Assembly: GCA_047602425.1 (NCBI GenBank)
Contig: JASGHG010000001.1
Coordinates: 1,440,001-1,504,000, forward strand
From: Nibricoccus sp.
Lineage (GTDB): Bacteria > Verrucomicrobiota > Verrucomicrobiia > Opitutales > Opitutaceae
Direction: 5' to 3'
Length of the DNA stretch: 64,000 bases
A program made the position numbers and the translations under genes. A model generated the notes under the pieces. That model ran no database searches. It was not told where the DNA came from and was given only the letters and a program-made list of their open reading frames with translations. This document shows positions 49,777-59,396 of this stretch, one piece after another; within the stretch, counting starts at the first letter, position 1; each line of letters opens with the position of its first letter.

Positions 49777-50175
49777 ATGGCGTGGCAAACGTATCCTAAT
49801 CGTTCTTTCGTTCCCGACGAAAATAGTGCGTACGTTGTTAGTGCCCGGGTGCGACGCACTATTGCCGTGCTTGAGTTAGTTCGCTCGTTCGTAGGTATAG
49901 GTCTAGTCATTTGCTTGATGTTTGTTTGCCTCATCGTGTACGTACTTTTCCGCCCTTCCGAAGTGTTTTGGTATGCCGCGTCGGCAGCAATCTTCGCTGT
50001 TCTTATTGGCCTCGTATCGCAGCTCCCGTTGTTGCAGAAAGCACCGCTTAAGTGTTCGCGATGCGGCGCTCGTATGTCGCGTGAGCTACATCCGATAGGC
50101 GGTGAAACCTCGGTGTTCTATGTGTGCCAGAATTGTCGGTGTTATGTTGACGTCGAGAGCACATCGACAAATTGA
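49777..50175 (+). CDS. Integron cassette gene 1: 2-TM protein with C-terminal CxxC...CxxC zinc ribbon
   Basis: Starts 11 nt after the GTTCGGC core, ends 14 nt before attC; lower GC than the host genes. Confidence 0.7.
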   Translation: MAWQTYPNRSFVPDENSAYVVSARVRRTIAVLELVRSFVGIGLVICLMFVCLIVYVLFRPSEVFWYAASAAIFAVLIGLVSQLPLLQKAPLKCSRCGARMSRELHPIGGETSVFYVCQNCRCYVDVESTSTN

Positions 50176-50369
50176 AGTGACATGAATCAGCCGAACCAGC
50201 CGCTCCCCTTTAGGTAAAATCAAGGGGTAAGTTTGATTTTGCCGTCAGGGGGGAGAGGGGCGAGTCCGAGAATGGGCCTCCAGCTCGTCGGAGGACGAGC
50301 CCCGGGGGGCAGGATGTAGCAGGTGGTTTTGGTTACATGAGATGGATATGGTTTTGGCGCTTTAACCAG

Positions 50370-50540
50370 GAGCCCGGTCCTCCGCGACGATCCCCATGAG
50401 TTGGTCCAGCTTTTGAGGGCTGGCCCGGACGATACTTAAAGGGCGGTAAGACCGGGAGGCCCGCCGTCGGGGCTTTAAAACATACAGTTGAGCATCAGCG
50501 AGGCTGTGCGGAACGGCTGGTGGCCCTCAAGCGGCGGGTT
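50370..50540 (-). ncRNA. Putative bridge/seek RNA of the IS110 element
   Basis: Two stem-bounded internal loops, each closed by a hairpin; loop strands match the target (ACCAGCCG) and the donor junction (ATCCCC). Confidence 0.65.
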
Positions 50541-50590
50541 TCCCGGAAAAGCAAAAGTTAATGTCGGCTAAAATAGATCAAGGAAGTGGT

Positions 50591-51856
50591 TTAGGCGGCG
50601 GAGCGGAAAACGCGCTTCGGGTCGAAGGGTTGGGGCGAGCGTTCAAGGCCGTGGAGCAGTTTGAGGAACTTGCGGGCGACCGCGGTCATGGCTTTGCCGC
50701 CGCACATGCCGGTGTCGCGTTTGGCGTGGTAGTATTGCCCGTAGAGTTGTCCGTGCACGACGCGTTTGAGGACGGCTTGGGCGAGGACGTGGCGCAGGCG
50801 GGCGCGGCCGCGTTTGGCTTGGCGGAGTTGGCCTTGCATGGTGCCGCTTTGGCGGGGCCGCAGGTTGAGCCCGCCGTAGCGCCAGAGTTGGCGCACGTGG
50901 GCAAAGTCCCGGAGCGGTCCGGTCTCGGCGAGGACACGGGCGAGCATGAAGGGGCTGATCAGGTCGGGATGGGCTTGCAGGCGGGTGGCGCCGCGGGCGC
51001 GCAGGCGTTCGACCAGGGCGATCATTTGCTGGCGGGTGTTGGTTCGGCGGGTGCGCAGCACGGTGAGTTCGGCAAAGAGGGCGCGCAGGTCCTCGGCGAG
51101 CAGGGCCAGCCAGTCGGGGTCGGAGTCGATCAGGGCGCAGCGCTGGGCGTCGGCGAAGAGTCGCTGGATGGTCTTTGGGCCAACGTGGTGGTTGCGCAGT
51201 TTGGCGGTGCAGCGTTCCAGGCCGTCGGCGAGGATCGCGGCGGCGTTCAGGCCGTAGAGTGCGATCGTGGCTTGGGCGGCGCGGCCTTCGAAGAGCCAGT
51301 CGTTTTTAAAGCTCAATTCGGGGAAGAGCGAGAGGAGCAGTTTATGAATCCTGTTTTTACAGCGGGTGGAGTCGCGTTCGAGCCGGTCGTAGCGGGCGTT
51401 GAGTTCGCGCAGGAGCAGCCACTCGCCTTGGAGGGGACGATCGGTCAGGGTTTTGTTCCATTTGGCCAATAGTAAAATCGTGCGGGGATCTTTGATGTCG
51501 CTTTTGCCGGTATCGTTGTTCTCGACCACTTGCATCTGGTGGACGGCTTCGCCGTTGACCAAGGCGGTGGCGCAGCCGAGTTGGCGGGCCGCGCGCAGCA
51601 GGCGCCGTTCGTATCCGCCGGTGGGTTCGCAGAGGATGCGCACGCCGCCAAGGCCGTGCTGGCGGGCGTGGGTGTTGAGTTGTTCCAGCCATGAGAGGAT
51701 GGCCTCATTGCGATTGGCGATATGGCCTTGGTGCGCCTGGGCCCCGAGTTCACCGTACCAGTCCAGTGCTTTTTGCCCAACGTCGACGGCGATATCCCAG
51801 CGAGTTTCCGGTTGCCCGGAGTGCGTTCTGCCATTAAGTGCTTTGTTCGTTATCAT
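50591..51856 (-). CDS. IS110-family transposase/recombinase
   Basis: DEDD RuvC residues (AVDVG, CEPTG, KSDIKD) and C-terminal GL.L...QSG...KRG...LR motif. Confidence 0.95.
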   Translation of the reverse strand: MITNKALNGRTHSGQPETRWDIAVDVGQKALDWYGELGAQAHQGHIANRNEAILSWLEQLNTHARQHGLGGVRILCEPTGGYERRLLRAARQLGCATALVNGEAVHQMQVVENNDTGKSDIKDPRTILLLAKWNKTLTDRPLQGEWLLLRELNARYDRLERDSTRCKNRIHKLLLSLFPELSFKNDWLFEGRAAQATIALYGLNAAAILADGLERCTAKLRNHHVGPKTIQRLFADAQRCALIDSDPDWLALLAEDLRALFAELTVLRTRRTNTRQQMIALVERLRARGATRLQAHPDLISPFMLARVLAETGPLRDFAHVRQLWRYGGLNLRPRQSGTMQGQLRQAKRGRARLRHVLAQAVLKRVVHGQLYGQYYHAKRDTGMCGGKAMTAVARKFLKLLHGLERSPQPFDPKRVFRSAA

Positions 51857-52042
51857 GGTTAGATTGCGGCTCCGGCTAAGGAGTGCCGGTTACGTGCTTG
51901 TCACCGTCTAGTCCGTGCCGGGGCCGCCCCTTATGTTACCTCATCCGCCTATTAGTAGCATAGAGCGCAATGCCATTGCTCACTCCTTTCTGTTTAGCCA
52001 CGTCGCTCATGGCGTGGCTCACCTCTGACGTTGGGCAAAGCA

Positions 52043-52585
52043 ATGCGACTGACGCTTATCTTCGTTTCGCTATGGCTCGCAGCTGTGTCAGCAGCGAAAG
52101 CGGGAGTGACGATGTCAGCCTATGCGATAACCACGGAGCACGCGGCCAGGATTCAAAACGATGAGGCTTTGCTTGACGCCTTAATTCAGGAGGGAAAAGG
52201 AGCCAAGCGTTCGGTAGATTTTGATAAGTCGTGGGATGGAATGCACTATCTCCTGACTGGCGTTGCGAAGCCCGACGGAAGCATTGGGTCGAAGGCGATT
52301 TTTGGAGGCTCTCCAGTGGGAAGCGATCTGGGTTATCCGAAGGCGCGTGTCCTAGCCCCTAAAGAGGTCCAAGAAATCGCAGCGATGCTGGAGAAACTAT
52401 CGTTCGCCACTTTGGCGAAGCACTACGATCCGAAGGAGATGCAGCGCCTGAAAATCTATCCTGAAATTTGGGAGACGAATCCGGTTCAGCTAAAGGACTA
52501 TCTGTCCTCCTACTACCGTCAGTTGGTAGCCTTTTACAAAGAAGCCGCACGCGCAGAAGCCTGTGTCGTGATTCGAATTATATGA
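52043..52585 (+). CDS. Integron cassette gene 2: YfbM/DUF1877-like protein with signal-like N-terminus
   Basis: DFDKSWDGMHYLLTG, GYP.AR.L.P.EV..IA..L, IYPEIW, Y...L..FY..AA motifs. Confidence 0.8.
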   Translation: MRLTLIFVSLWLAAVSAAKAGVTMSAYAITTEHAARIQNDEALLDALIQEGKGAKRSVDFDKSWDGMHYLLTGVAKPDGSIGSKAIFGGSPVGSDLGYPKARVLAPKEVQEIAAMLEKLSFATLAKHYDPKEMQRLKIYPEIWETNPVQLKDYLSSYYRQLVAFYKEAARAEACVVIRII

Positions 52586-52595
52586 ATATGAAAGA

Positions 52596-52691
52596 GCCCA
52601 ATACACGCGCCACAGCCAACGCCTATGTCCGTCCCGCCTCCTGCGAGACAGGAAGCGCGCCAGCCATAGTCGTGGCTCACCTTAGCTAGGC
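52596..52691 (+). other. attC site 2 (degenerate cores)
   Basis: GCCCAAT...ACAGCCAACGCCTATG...CATAGTCGTGGCTCACCTTAGCTAGGC; same architecture as attC1. Confidence 0.7.
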
Positions 52692-53031
52692 TAAAAAGGT
52701 GAAAAAAGCTGATTACGAAATTAACCTTCCAGACATGAACGCTTGCGCACTTGATCGCAGCCGTTGGAAGGCAGCGCGATCTAGGGAAGCGACGTTCGAA
52801 CCGTATTACGATTAGCGGTTCAATGAAGTTCGGTGTTTGTAGTGGATTCTTCAGTGCGCACCCTTTGTTCAGCTGTTTAGGTTTAACTACTGATTTATAC
52901 CGACCGTCACGGACAAGGAATCGGAGCCTGATGAAAGTGGTGTGACGGCGCCGGATGTTGCGCGGAGAATGCCGAGGGGGAGCGAGCCGGGAAAGCCGTA
53001 TCGCTTTTCTGCGTTTGAAGCAGAAAAATTG

Positions 53032-55554
53032 TTATACCGGAACCGGCGGCAAGGACCAGATTTGTTCGGCGTATTCGCGGATGGTGCGGTCGCTGGAGAA
53101 TTTGCCCATGCGGGCGGTGTTCAAAATCGCCTTCTTCGCCCACTCGGAGGACTTGCGGTACGTCGCGTCAACTTTTGCGTGACAGTCGACGTAGCTGCGG
53201 AAGTCGGCGAGGACCATAAACGGGTCGCCACCGCCAAGCAAACTCTGGTGCACGAGGCTGAAGGCGTTGTGTTCGTTCGGCGCGAAATAATTCGAGCCAA
53301 GCCAATCGAGCACAGTGCGGAGTTCCTCGTCCTTGTGGTAGAAATCCCACGGGTTGTAGCCCTTGGCGCGGAGTTTTTCGACTTCGTCGACTTCCATGCC
53401 GAAGATGAAGATGTTGTCGTCGCCGACCTCTTCCTTGATTTCGACGTTGGCGCCGTCGAGCGTGCCGATGGTGAGGGCGCCGTTGAGCGCGAGTTTCATG
53501 TTGCCGGTGCCGGAAGCTTCCTTGCCGGCGGTGGAGATTTGTTCGGAGAGATCGGCGGCGGGGATGATCCTCTCGGCTAGCGATACGCGATAGTTCGGGA
53601 GAAAGACGACCTTGAGTTTCCCCAGGATGCGGCCGTCGGAATTAATCTTGGCACCGATAAGGTTGATCGCACGGATAATATTTTTCGCGAGATCGTAGCC
53701 GGGGGCGGCCTTGGCGGCGAAAACGAAAACGCGCGGCACGATGTCGAGCGACGGATTCTGGAGCAGTCGGCGGTAGAGCGCGAGGATGTGAAGCAGGTTC
53801 AGGTGCTGGCGCTTGTACTCGTGGAGTCGCTTGATCTGCACATCGAAAAGCGCATCGGGCGAAACATCGACGCCGCATTCGGTGCGAATGACGTCGGCGA
53901 GATCGACTTTGTTGGCGCGTTTGACGGCCATGAATTCCTTCTGAAACGCGGCGTTGCCCGCGAATTTTTCGAGTTCGCGCAGACGGTCGAGGTCGCTGGC
54001 CCAATCGGTGTGGCCGAGGGTGTCGGTGAGGAGTTTCGAGAGACGCGGGTTGCAAGCGAGCAGCCAGCGGCGCGGTGTGATGCCGTTGGTTTTGTTCTGG
54101 AATTTGCCCGGATAAAGCGCGTCGAACTCAGGGAAGAGCAGTTTCTTCAACAAATCGGTGTGCAGCGCGGCGACGCCATTGACGGCGTGCGAACCGACGA
54201 CGGAGAGGTTGGCCATGCGCACGGATTTTTCGCCGTGTTCGTCGATGAGCGAGCAGGCGCGTTTCTTATTGTCGTCGCCCGGCCACTTGCGTTCGACCGT
54301 TTGCATGAGGCGGCTGTTGATCTCGAAAATAATCTGCAGGTGCCGGGGCAATACACGATTGAAGAGCGGCACGCCCCAGCGTTCGAGCGCTTCTGGGAGC
54401 AGCGTGTGGTTCGTGTAGCCGAAGGTCTGGGTGACGATTTCCCACGCACGGTCCCACGGCATGTTTTCCTCGTCGAGGAGGATGCGCATGAGTTCGGGCA
54501 CGGCGACGGCGGGATGCGTGTCGTTGAGCTGGATGGCGACTTTGTCATGGAAATTTCCCCACGTGTTGATGTTGCCCGCGTGGCGGACGTGACGGCGAAT
54601 GATGTCGCGGAGCGAGCACGCGACGAAGAAATACTGCTGCACGAGGCGCAGTTCCTTGCCGTTCTCGGTCTTGTCGTTCGGATAAAGTACCTTTGAAATG
54701 GTTTCGCCCAGGGCTTTTTCGCGGACGGCCTCCATGTAGCCGCCGGCGTTGAAAGCCTGAAGGTCAAATTCGGCGGTCGAACGCGAGCGCCAGAGGCGGA
54801 GGAGGTTGACGGTCTTGGTGCCGTAGCCCGCGATCGGAATATCGTAGGGTACGCCGAGAATGGTTCGGGTGTTGACCCATTTTGGGCGGCTGTTGCCGTG
54901 GTCGTCGAAGACGTTTTCCACCTGACCATAGACCTGCACCACCTGCGCATATTCGGGACGCATGACTTCCCACGGCGTGCCGAAAATCATCCAGCTGTCG
55001 GGATGCTCGATCTGGTGTCCGTTAACGAATTCCTGTTTGAAAAGGCCGAACTCGTAGTGAATGCCGTAGCCAATCGCGGGATAATCCTGCGAGGCGAGCG
55101 AATCGAGGAAACACGCGGCAAGCCGGCCAAGACCGCCGTTGCCGAGGCCCATGTCGACCTCCTGCTCGCGAACCTTTTCGTAATCCACACCGAGTTCCTT
55201 GAGGGCGCCGGCGGCGGCTTCGACGAGACCGGTGTTGTAGAGATTATTTTCCATCAACCGGCCCATGAGGTACTCGAGCGAAAGATAGTAGAGGCGGCGG
55301 ACATTTTGGTCGTTGTGAACGCCCTGAGTGACGATCAGGCGTGCGAGAACATGTTCGCGCACAGCGAGAGCGGTCGAGATCCACCAATCGCGTGGACCGG
55401 CCGTATGCGTGTCACGCGCCAGTGTGTAAGTAAGATGGCGCAAAATGGATTGTTTGAACTTCGTATTATCGGCACCGAGCCCGATCGCACCAGCGGCGCC
55501 GGACGGAGTGGAAGTGCGGGTCGGACTTTTCTTCGTTTTGTTGGAAGTCGCCAT
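53032..55554 (-). CDS. glgP: Glycogen/starch phosphorylase
   Basis: [38 protein letters not shown] motifs. Confidence 0.97.
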   Translation of the reverse strand: MATSNKTKKSPTRTSTPSGAAGAIGLGADNTKFKQSILRHLTYTLARDTHTAGPRDWWISTALAVREHVLARLIVTQGVHNDQNVRRLYYLSLEYLMGRLMENNLYNTGLVEAAAGALKELGVDYEKVREQEVDMGLGNGGLGRLAACFLDSLASQDYPAIGYGIHYEFGLFKQEFVNGHQIEHPDSWMIFGTPWEVMRPEYAQVVQVYGQVENVFDDHGNSRPKWVNTRTILGVPYDIPIAGYGTKTVNLLRLWRSRSTAEFDLQAFNAGGYMEAVREKALGETISKVLYPNDKTENGKELRLVQQYFFVACSLRDIIRRHVRHAGNINTWGNFHDKVAIQLNDTHPAVAVPELMRILLDEENMPWDRAWEIVTQTFGYTNHTLLPEALERWGVPLFNRVLPRHLQIIFEINSRLMQTVERKWPGDDNKKRACSLIDEHGEKSVRMANLSVVGSHAVNGVAALHTDLLKKLLFPEFDALYPGKFQNKTNGITPRRWLLACNPRLSKLLTDTLGHTDWASDLDRLRELEKFAGNAAFQKEFMAVKRANKVDLADVIRTECGVDVSPDALFDVQIKRLHEYKRQHLNLLHILALYRRLLQNPSLDIVPRVFVFAAKAAPGYDLAKNIIRAINLIGAKINSDGRILGKLKVVFLPNYRVSLAERIIPAADLSEQISTAGKEASGTGNMKLALNGALTIGTLDGANVEIKEEVGDDNIFIFGMEVDEVEKLRAKGYNPWDFYHKDEELRTVLDWLGSNYFAPNEHNAFSLVHQSLLGGGDPFMVLADFRSYVDCHAKVDATYRKSSEWAKKAILNTARMGKFSSDRTIREYAEQIWSLPPVPV

Positions 55555-55667
55555 GATTTAGGGAAAAGGATGAAACCAGAAAGTATGCCAAAGACAATGA
55601 GATGGCACGGAGATTTTAGTCCGCGTGATAATAGCAGGGTGGCAGCGCTGGTTACGTCACAAGCAGG

Positions 55668-57485
55668 TTATTTCTGAAACCGCCGCGCGAGTTCACTATG
55701 GCTGAACTCGATTTGCGTCGGGCGGCCGGAGGGACTCGTGAGCGGCGTGCGGCAGGCGAAAAGCTGGGTGAGCACGCCCTGAAGTTCATCGGCACTGGCG
55801 GCATCCGGCAGACGAATGGCCTTCGCCACGGCGAGACGCGCGAGTTCATCGCGGGCTAGGTCGACATTTTTTTCCTGCAACCGACCCTCGCGCAACGCGC
55901 CAAGCAAATCGCGAACGAAAGGTTCGGCATCGGCCGGCTCCATCCAGACCGGCACACTTTCGATCCGAAAGAAATTGCGGCCAAATTCCACGATTTCGAA
56001 ACCGTGGGCGTTGAAAAACGCGAGTTTGTCGAGCAAGAGCGCTGTGGCGATGGCGTCGAGTTCGACCGGAACCGGCAAAAGCAGCCGCTGGCTGGGAACG
56101 TCGCCGGAACGAAACTGGGTCTGCAAACGCTCGAACCAAATGCGTTCGTGCGCCGCGCGTCGGTCGAGCAGAACGATTCCGGCGGGCGTCTCGAACAAAG
56201 CATAAGCGCCATGCGCAAGCCCGAGGAACCGCCAGGCGCTTGTGGCGCTGCGCATCGGGACCGACGCCTCGGGAAAAGGCGCGCGCGAAGGCGGCACAAC
56301 CGCAATGGCGGGCCGCGAGGGCGGAAGGTCGGGCGCGTTGCCCGCAATGCGCCGTTCCGACGTCGTCACACTCAGGCTTACGACCGTCGTCGCAGGAGGC
56401 AAAATCTGTGGCGCTGGCGCGAGGTTCGTCACAGCGGCCGATGGCATCGGATTCAACACCGTCGGAACCGAAAGCGCCACTGGCGCGGCCTCCTGGCCAA
56501 ACATGCGCAAACGCGCCAGTACCGCGCGAATCACGAACGACCGCACCGACGATTCGCTGCGGAAACGCACTTCGCGTTTCGCCGGATGCACATTCACGTC
56601 GACCGCGGCCGGATCGATTTCGAAAAACACAAAGGCCACCGGGTAACGTCCCTTCGGCAGCGACTCGTGAAAGCTTTCGATTAGGGCGTAGTTAAGGGTT
56701 CGGCTGTCGACCGGGCGATGATTGACAAAGCAGATCATTTCATGCCGCGTCGACCGCCCCACCCCGGGCCGCCCGACCAGTCCGCGCAGTTTCATGCCGG
56801 GTTCGCCGGCCTCCAGCGCGAGCAGGCCCTCGGCGGTTTGTTTGCCAAAAATTCCCGCGATGCGCTCCTCCAGCGTCTCGCACTGCGGCGAGCGAAAAAT
56901 CACGCGGCCGTCTTCGATCAATGAAAAGGCCACCTGCGGAAACGCCAGTGCGTAGAGCCGCACGCCGTGGATGATGTGCGCGGCCTCGGTGGTGTCGGTC
57001 TTGAGGAATTTGCGGCGCGCCGGAACCGAGTTGAACAAATGCGCCACCTCGATGCGCGTGCCAACCGGCCGGCCGCAATCGCGCACGTGGATCATTTTCC
57101 CGCCGTTCACGAAAACCTCCGTGCCGGCATCCGAAGCGTTTTCGCGCGTTTGCAGTGTGAAATGCGATACGCTCGCGATCGACGGCAGCGCTTCCCCGCG
57201 AAAACCGAACGACGCGAGCCGGTTCAAGTCATCAGCCTCGACGATCTTGCTCGTCGCGTGGCGTTCGAGCGCGAGCAGTGCATCGTCGCGCGACATGCCG
57301 CAGCCGTTGTCTTCGATCCGTATGTAAGCGCGCCCACCGTGGCGAAACTCAACCTCGATCCGTGTCGCGCCGGCATCGATGGCGTTTTCCACGAGCTCCT
57401 TCACCACCGCGGCCGGGCGCTCAATCACCTCGCCAGCGGCGATTTGATTGGCAACACGATCGGACAAAACGCGGATTTTAGCCAT
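55668..57485 (-). CDS. mutL: DNA mismatch repair protein MutL
   Basis: NQIAAGEVIERP..VVKELVENAIDAGA, GFRGEAL.SI, DVNVHPAK motifs. Confidence 0.96.
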   Translation of the reverse strand: MAKIRVLSDRVANQIAAGEVIERPAAVVKELVENAIDAGATRIEVEFRHGGRAYIRIEDNGCGMSRDDALLALERHATSKIVEADDLNRLASFGFRGEALPSIASVSHFTLQTRENASDAGTEVFVNGGKMIHVRDCGRPVGTRIEVAHLFNSVPARRKFLKTDTTEAAHIIHGVRLYALAFPQVAFSLIEDGRVIFRSPQCETLEERIAGIFGKQTAEGLLALEAGEPGMKLRGLVGRPGVGRSTRHEMICFVNHRPVDSRTLNYALIESFHESLPKGRYPVAFVFFEIDPAAVDVNVHPAKREVRFRSESSVRSFVIRAVLARLRMFGQEAAPVALSVPTVLNPMPSAAVTNLAPAPQILPPATTVVSLSVTTSERRIAGNAPDLPPSRPAIAVVPPSRAPFPEASVPMRSATSAWRFLGLAHGAYALFETPAGIVLLDRRAAHERIWFERLQTQFRSGDVPSQRLLLPVPVELDAIATALLLDKLAFFNAHGFEIVEFGRNFFRIESVPVWMEPADAEPFVRDLLGALREGRLQEKNVDLARDELARLAVAKAIRLPDAASADELQGVLTQLFACRTPLTSPSGRPTQIEFSHSELARRFQK

Positions 57486-57558
57486 GAACGTTCGCCATCA
57501 TCATCATTCCACGCACAGACGGAAGCGTGGAATTTTCAGTCGATCAACAAACCCTTTC

Positions 57559-57709
57559 GCCAAAGAGAACACAGGGCTCGGACACAGAGACGGCGGGAGG
57601 CCAAAACGTAGGTTCATATCATTCCCGCCGGCGACGCATGACGAATAGGCACAAAGCAAAGATTCAACTCTCTGTGACGTCTGTGTCCGAGCTCCGCGTC
57701 CTCTGTGGC
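57559..57709. repeat. Long imperfect inverted repeat; the right arm overlaps the MFS gene 3' end
   Basis: GCCAAAGAGAACACAGGGCTCGGACACAGA ... TCTGTGTCCGAGCTCCGCGTCCTCTGTGGC. Confidence 0.65.
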
Positions 57710-58989
57710 TCACTCTCCGATAGCCGGCCGATTCGCCACGCCAAAAAAAGCCCCATCGCAAAAATCGCCGCCATCAACACGCCGAATGCAGTCACGTTGA
57801 TCGTAGGCAAACCATCGGGTCCGATCCGCTTTAAAATATAGCCCCACGCCAGCGCGGAAAAACCGCCGCCAAGGGCGATCGCGACGGCGTGAAAAGTCAC
57901 CATCAGCGTGCGGCTATCCGGCGGCGTGATTTTTGCGAGAAAATTCAAATTGCCCGCGAGCGTTGAGGCCGTCGCCCCGCCGATGAGCAAATACACCACC
58001 GTCAACAGCGCAAAGTTCACCGCGCCGTGCCAGAGCGCCCAACCCCAATAACTCGCGATCGCCACGTGCGCGAGCGCCGACGCCACCATGTACGGGCGAG
58101 CCCCGTGACGATCCAGCCGCGTCTGCATGAATCCAGCGGCAAGAATCGCGCCGCAATAACGGCAGATTTCCAAAACCATGATCTGCCCTTCCGAAAAGTG
58201 CGGCACCGCTTTCAAATAATAAGCGGAAAACGGCGCGACAGGAATCATCATGCCGGCAAACAACAGCGACAATATCACGTATTCACGAAACAACGACGGC
58301 TGCGAAGCGTGCTGCCACATTGCGCGCAGCGTGCCCGCCACGCTCACCGCCGCTGGCCGCTCGCTGTCGGGCATTTTCCGCAGGTACCAAACCGCCGCGA
58401 TCGACCCAACCAGCGAATATCCGTAAGCCGCCATCAACGCTTCGCGCACCGGCAAGGTCCAAAACAATGCCGTGCAAACCAAGAGCGTGAAAACACCGCC
58501 CACGGCCGCGACATACTGATCCGCCGCAAAGTAACGGCCGCATTTTTCCGGCGTCAGCAGCGCCATGATCCAAGGCGCAAACGCCGCCTGTCCAAACGCG
58601 CGCAACAGGCAAAAACAAAACACGCAAAACACCATCGCATGCACGCGCCAGCCGCCCGCCCCGCCATCCGCCTGGGTCAACCACGCGAGCAGGATTGGCA
58701 CCGCGACGAAAAAAGTCCGCATGCTCCAACCGGAAAGCATCACCTTGCGATAGCCGTAGCGCGGAAATGCCACGGTCGACCCGATCTGCAAGGCCATCAG
58801 CAAAAATACAAAGGAGTACGCCAGCCCGACCTGAAACGACGACGCGCCCAGCCATTGAAGAAACAACACCATGGGCGTGCTGATCACGACTTGCCAGGTG
58901 AACGCATTAAAAAAACCAAAAACCAATCCACATCGGTAAGGATGCAAAATGGGATCGGACTCCTCGGTTGGAAACAGTCGCGGCAGCAT
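57664..58989 (-). CDS. MFS transporter
   Basis: About 12 hydrophobic helices; RYGYRK and LDRHGAR loop motifs. Confidence 0.82.
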   Translation of the reverse strand: MLPRLFPTEESDPILHPYRCGLVFGFFNAFTWQVVISTPMVLFLQWLGASSFQVGLAYSFVFLLMALQIGSTVAFPRYGYRKVMLSGWSMRTFFVAVPILLAWLTQADGGAGGWRVHAMVFCVFCFCLLRAFGQAAFAPWIMALLTPEKCGRYFAADQYVAAVGGVFTLLVCTALFWTLPVREALMAAYGYSLVGSIAAVWYLRKMPDSERPAAVSVAGTLRAMWQHASQPSLFREYVILSLLFAGMMIPVAPFSAYYLKAVPHFSEGQIMVLEICRYCGAILAAGFMQTRLDRHGARPYMVASALAHVAIASYWGWALWHGAVNFALLTVVYLLIGGATASTLAGNLNFLAKITPPDSRTLMVTFHAVAIALGGGFSALAWGYILKRIGPDGLPTINVTAFGVLMAAIFAMGLFLAWRIGRLSESEPQRTRSSDTDVTES

Positions 58990-59396
58990 GGAAACGGACA
59001 GCCTCGCGCAGAAACCAACAGCTGCAATGCCCAACATTTCCTGCCCGACGCCCGACCTCGCAGCCTTCAATGCTGCCCACGAAAGTCGGGGGCCGTTAGC
59101 GAATAGCTACACGACTAATAAACCTAATGCCGCAGGCGGCCATCAGATCGTCAAATCATGTGAATTAATTTATCTTATCTATCTTCGTATCGCCATCGGT
59201 GCGTAAGAGTTTCTGATTTTGTGTCGGTCACGCTTACACTTTTCCTTATCTTAAGCATGCCATAATTTCCTTCGAATAACCGATTTTTATCATGCAAGTC
59301 GTTTAACTACAATGAACATTAGGTAAACTGTTTTGGCTGGCCTCGTTTATGCGAAAGAATTTTCCGTTCAGAAAAACCTAAGTGTATTCCCAGCCT

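Larger units (their letters stand above)
50205..51961 (-). mobile_element. IS110-family (IS1111-like layout) insertion sequence inserted in attC
   Basis: Removing it restores attC; long non-coding end downstream of the transposase; imperfect subterminal inverted repeats (TAGGTAAAATCAAGGGG at 50211 vs CCCCTTATGTTACCTC at 51927). Confidence 0.88.
50190..52036 (+). other. attC site 1, interrupted by IS110 (halves 50190-50204 and 51962-52036)
   Basis: Reconstructed GCCGAACCAGCCGCT|AGAGCGCAATGCCAT...ATGGCGTGGCTCACCTCTGACGTTGGGC, about 90 nt, with paired L boxes. Confidence 0.8.
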
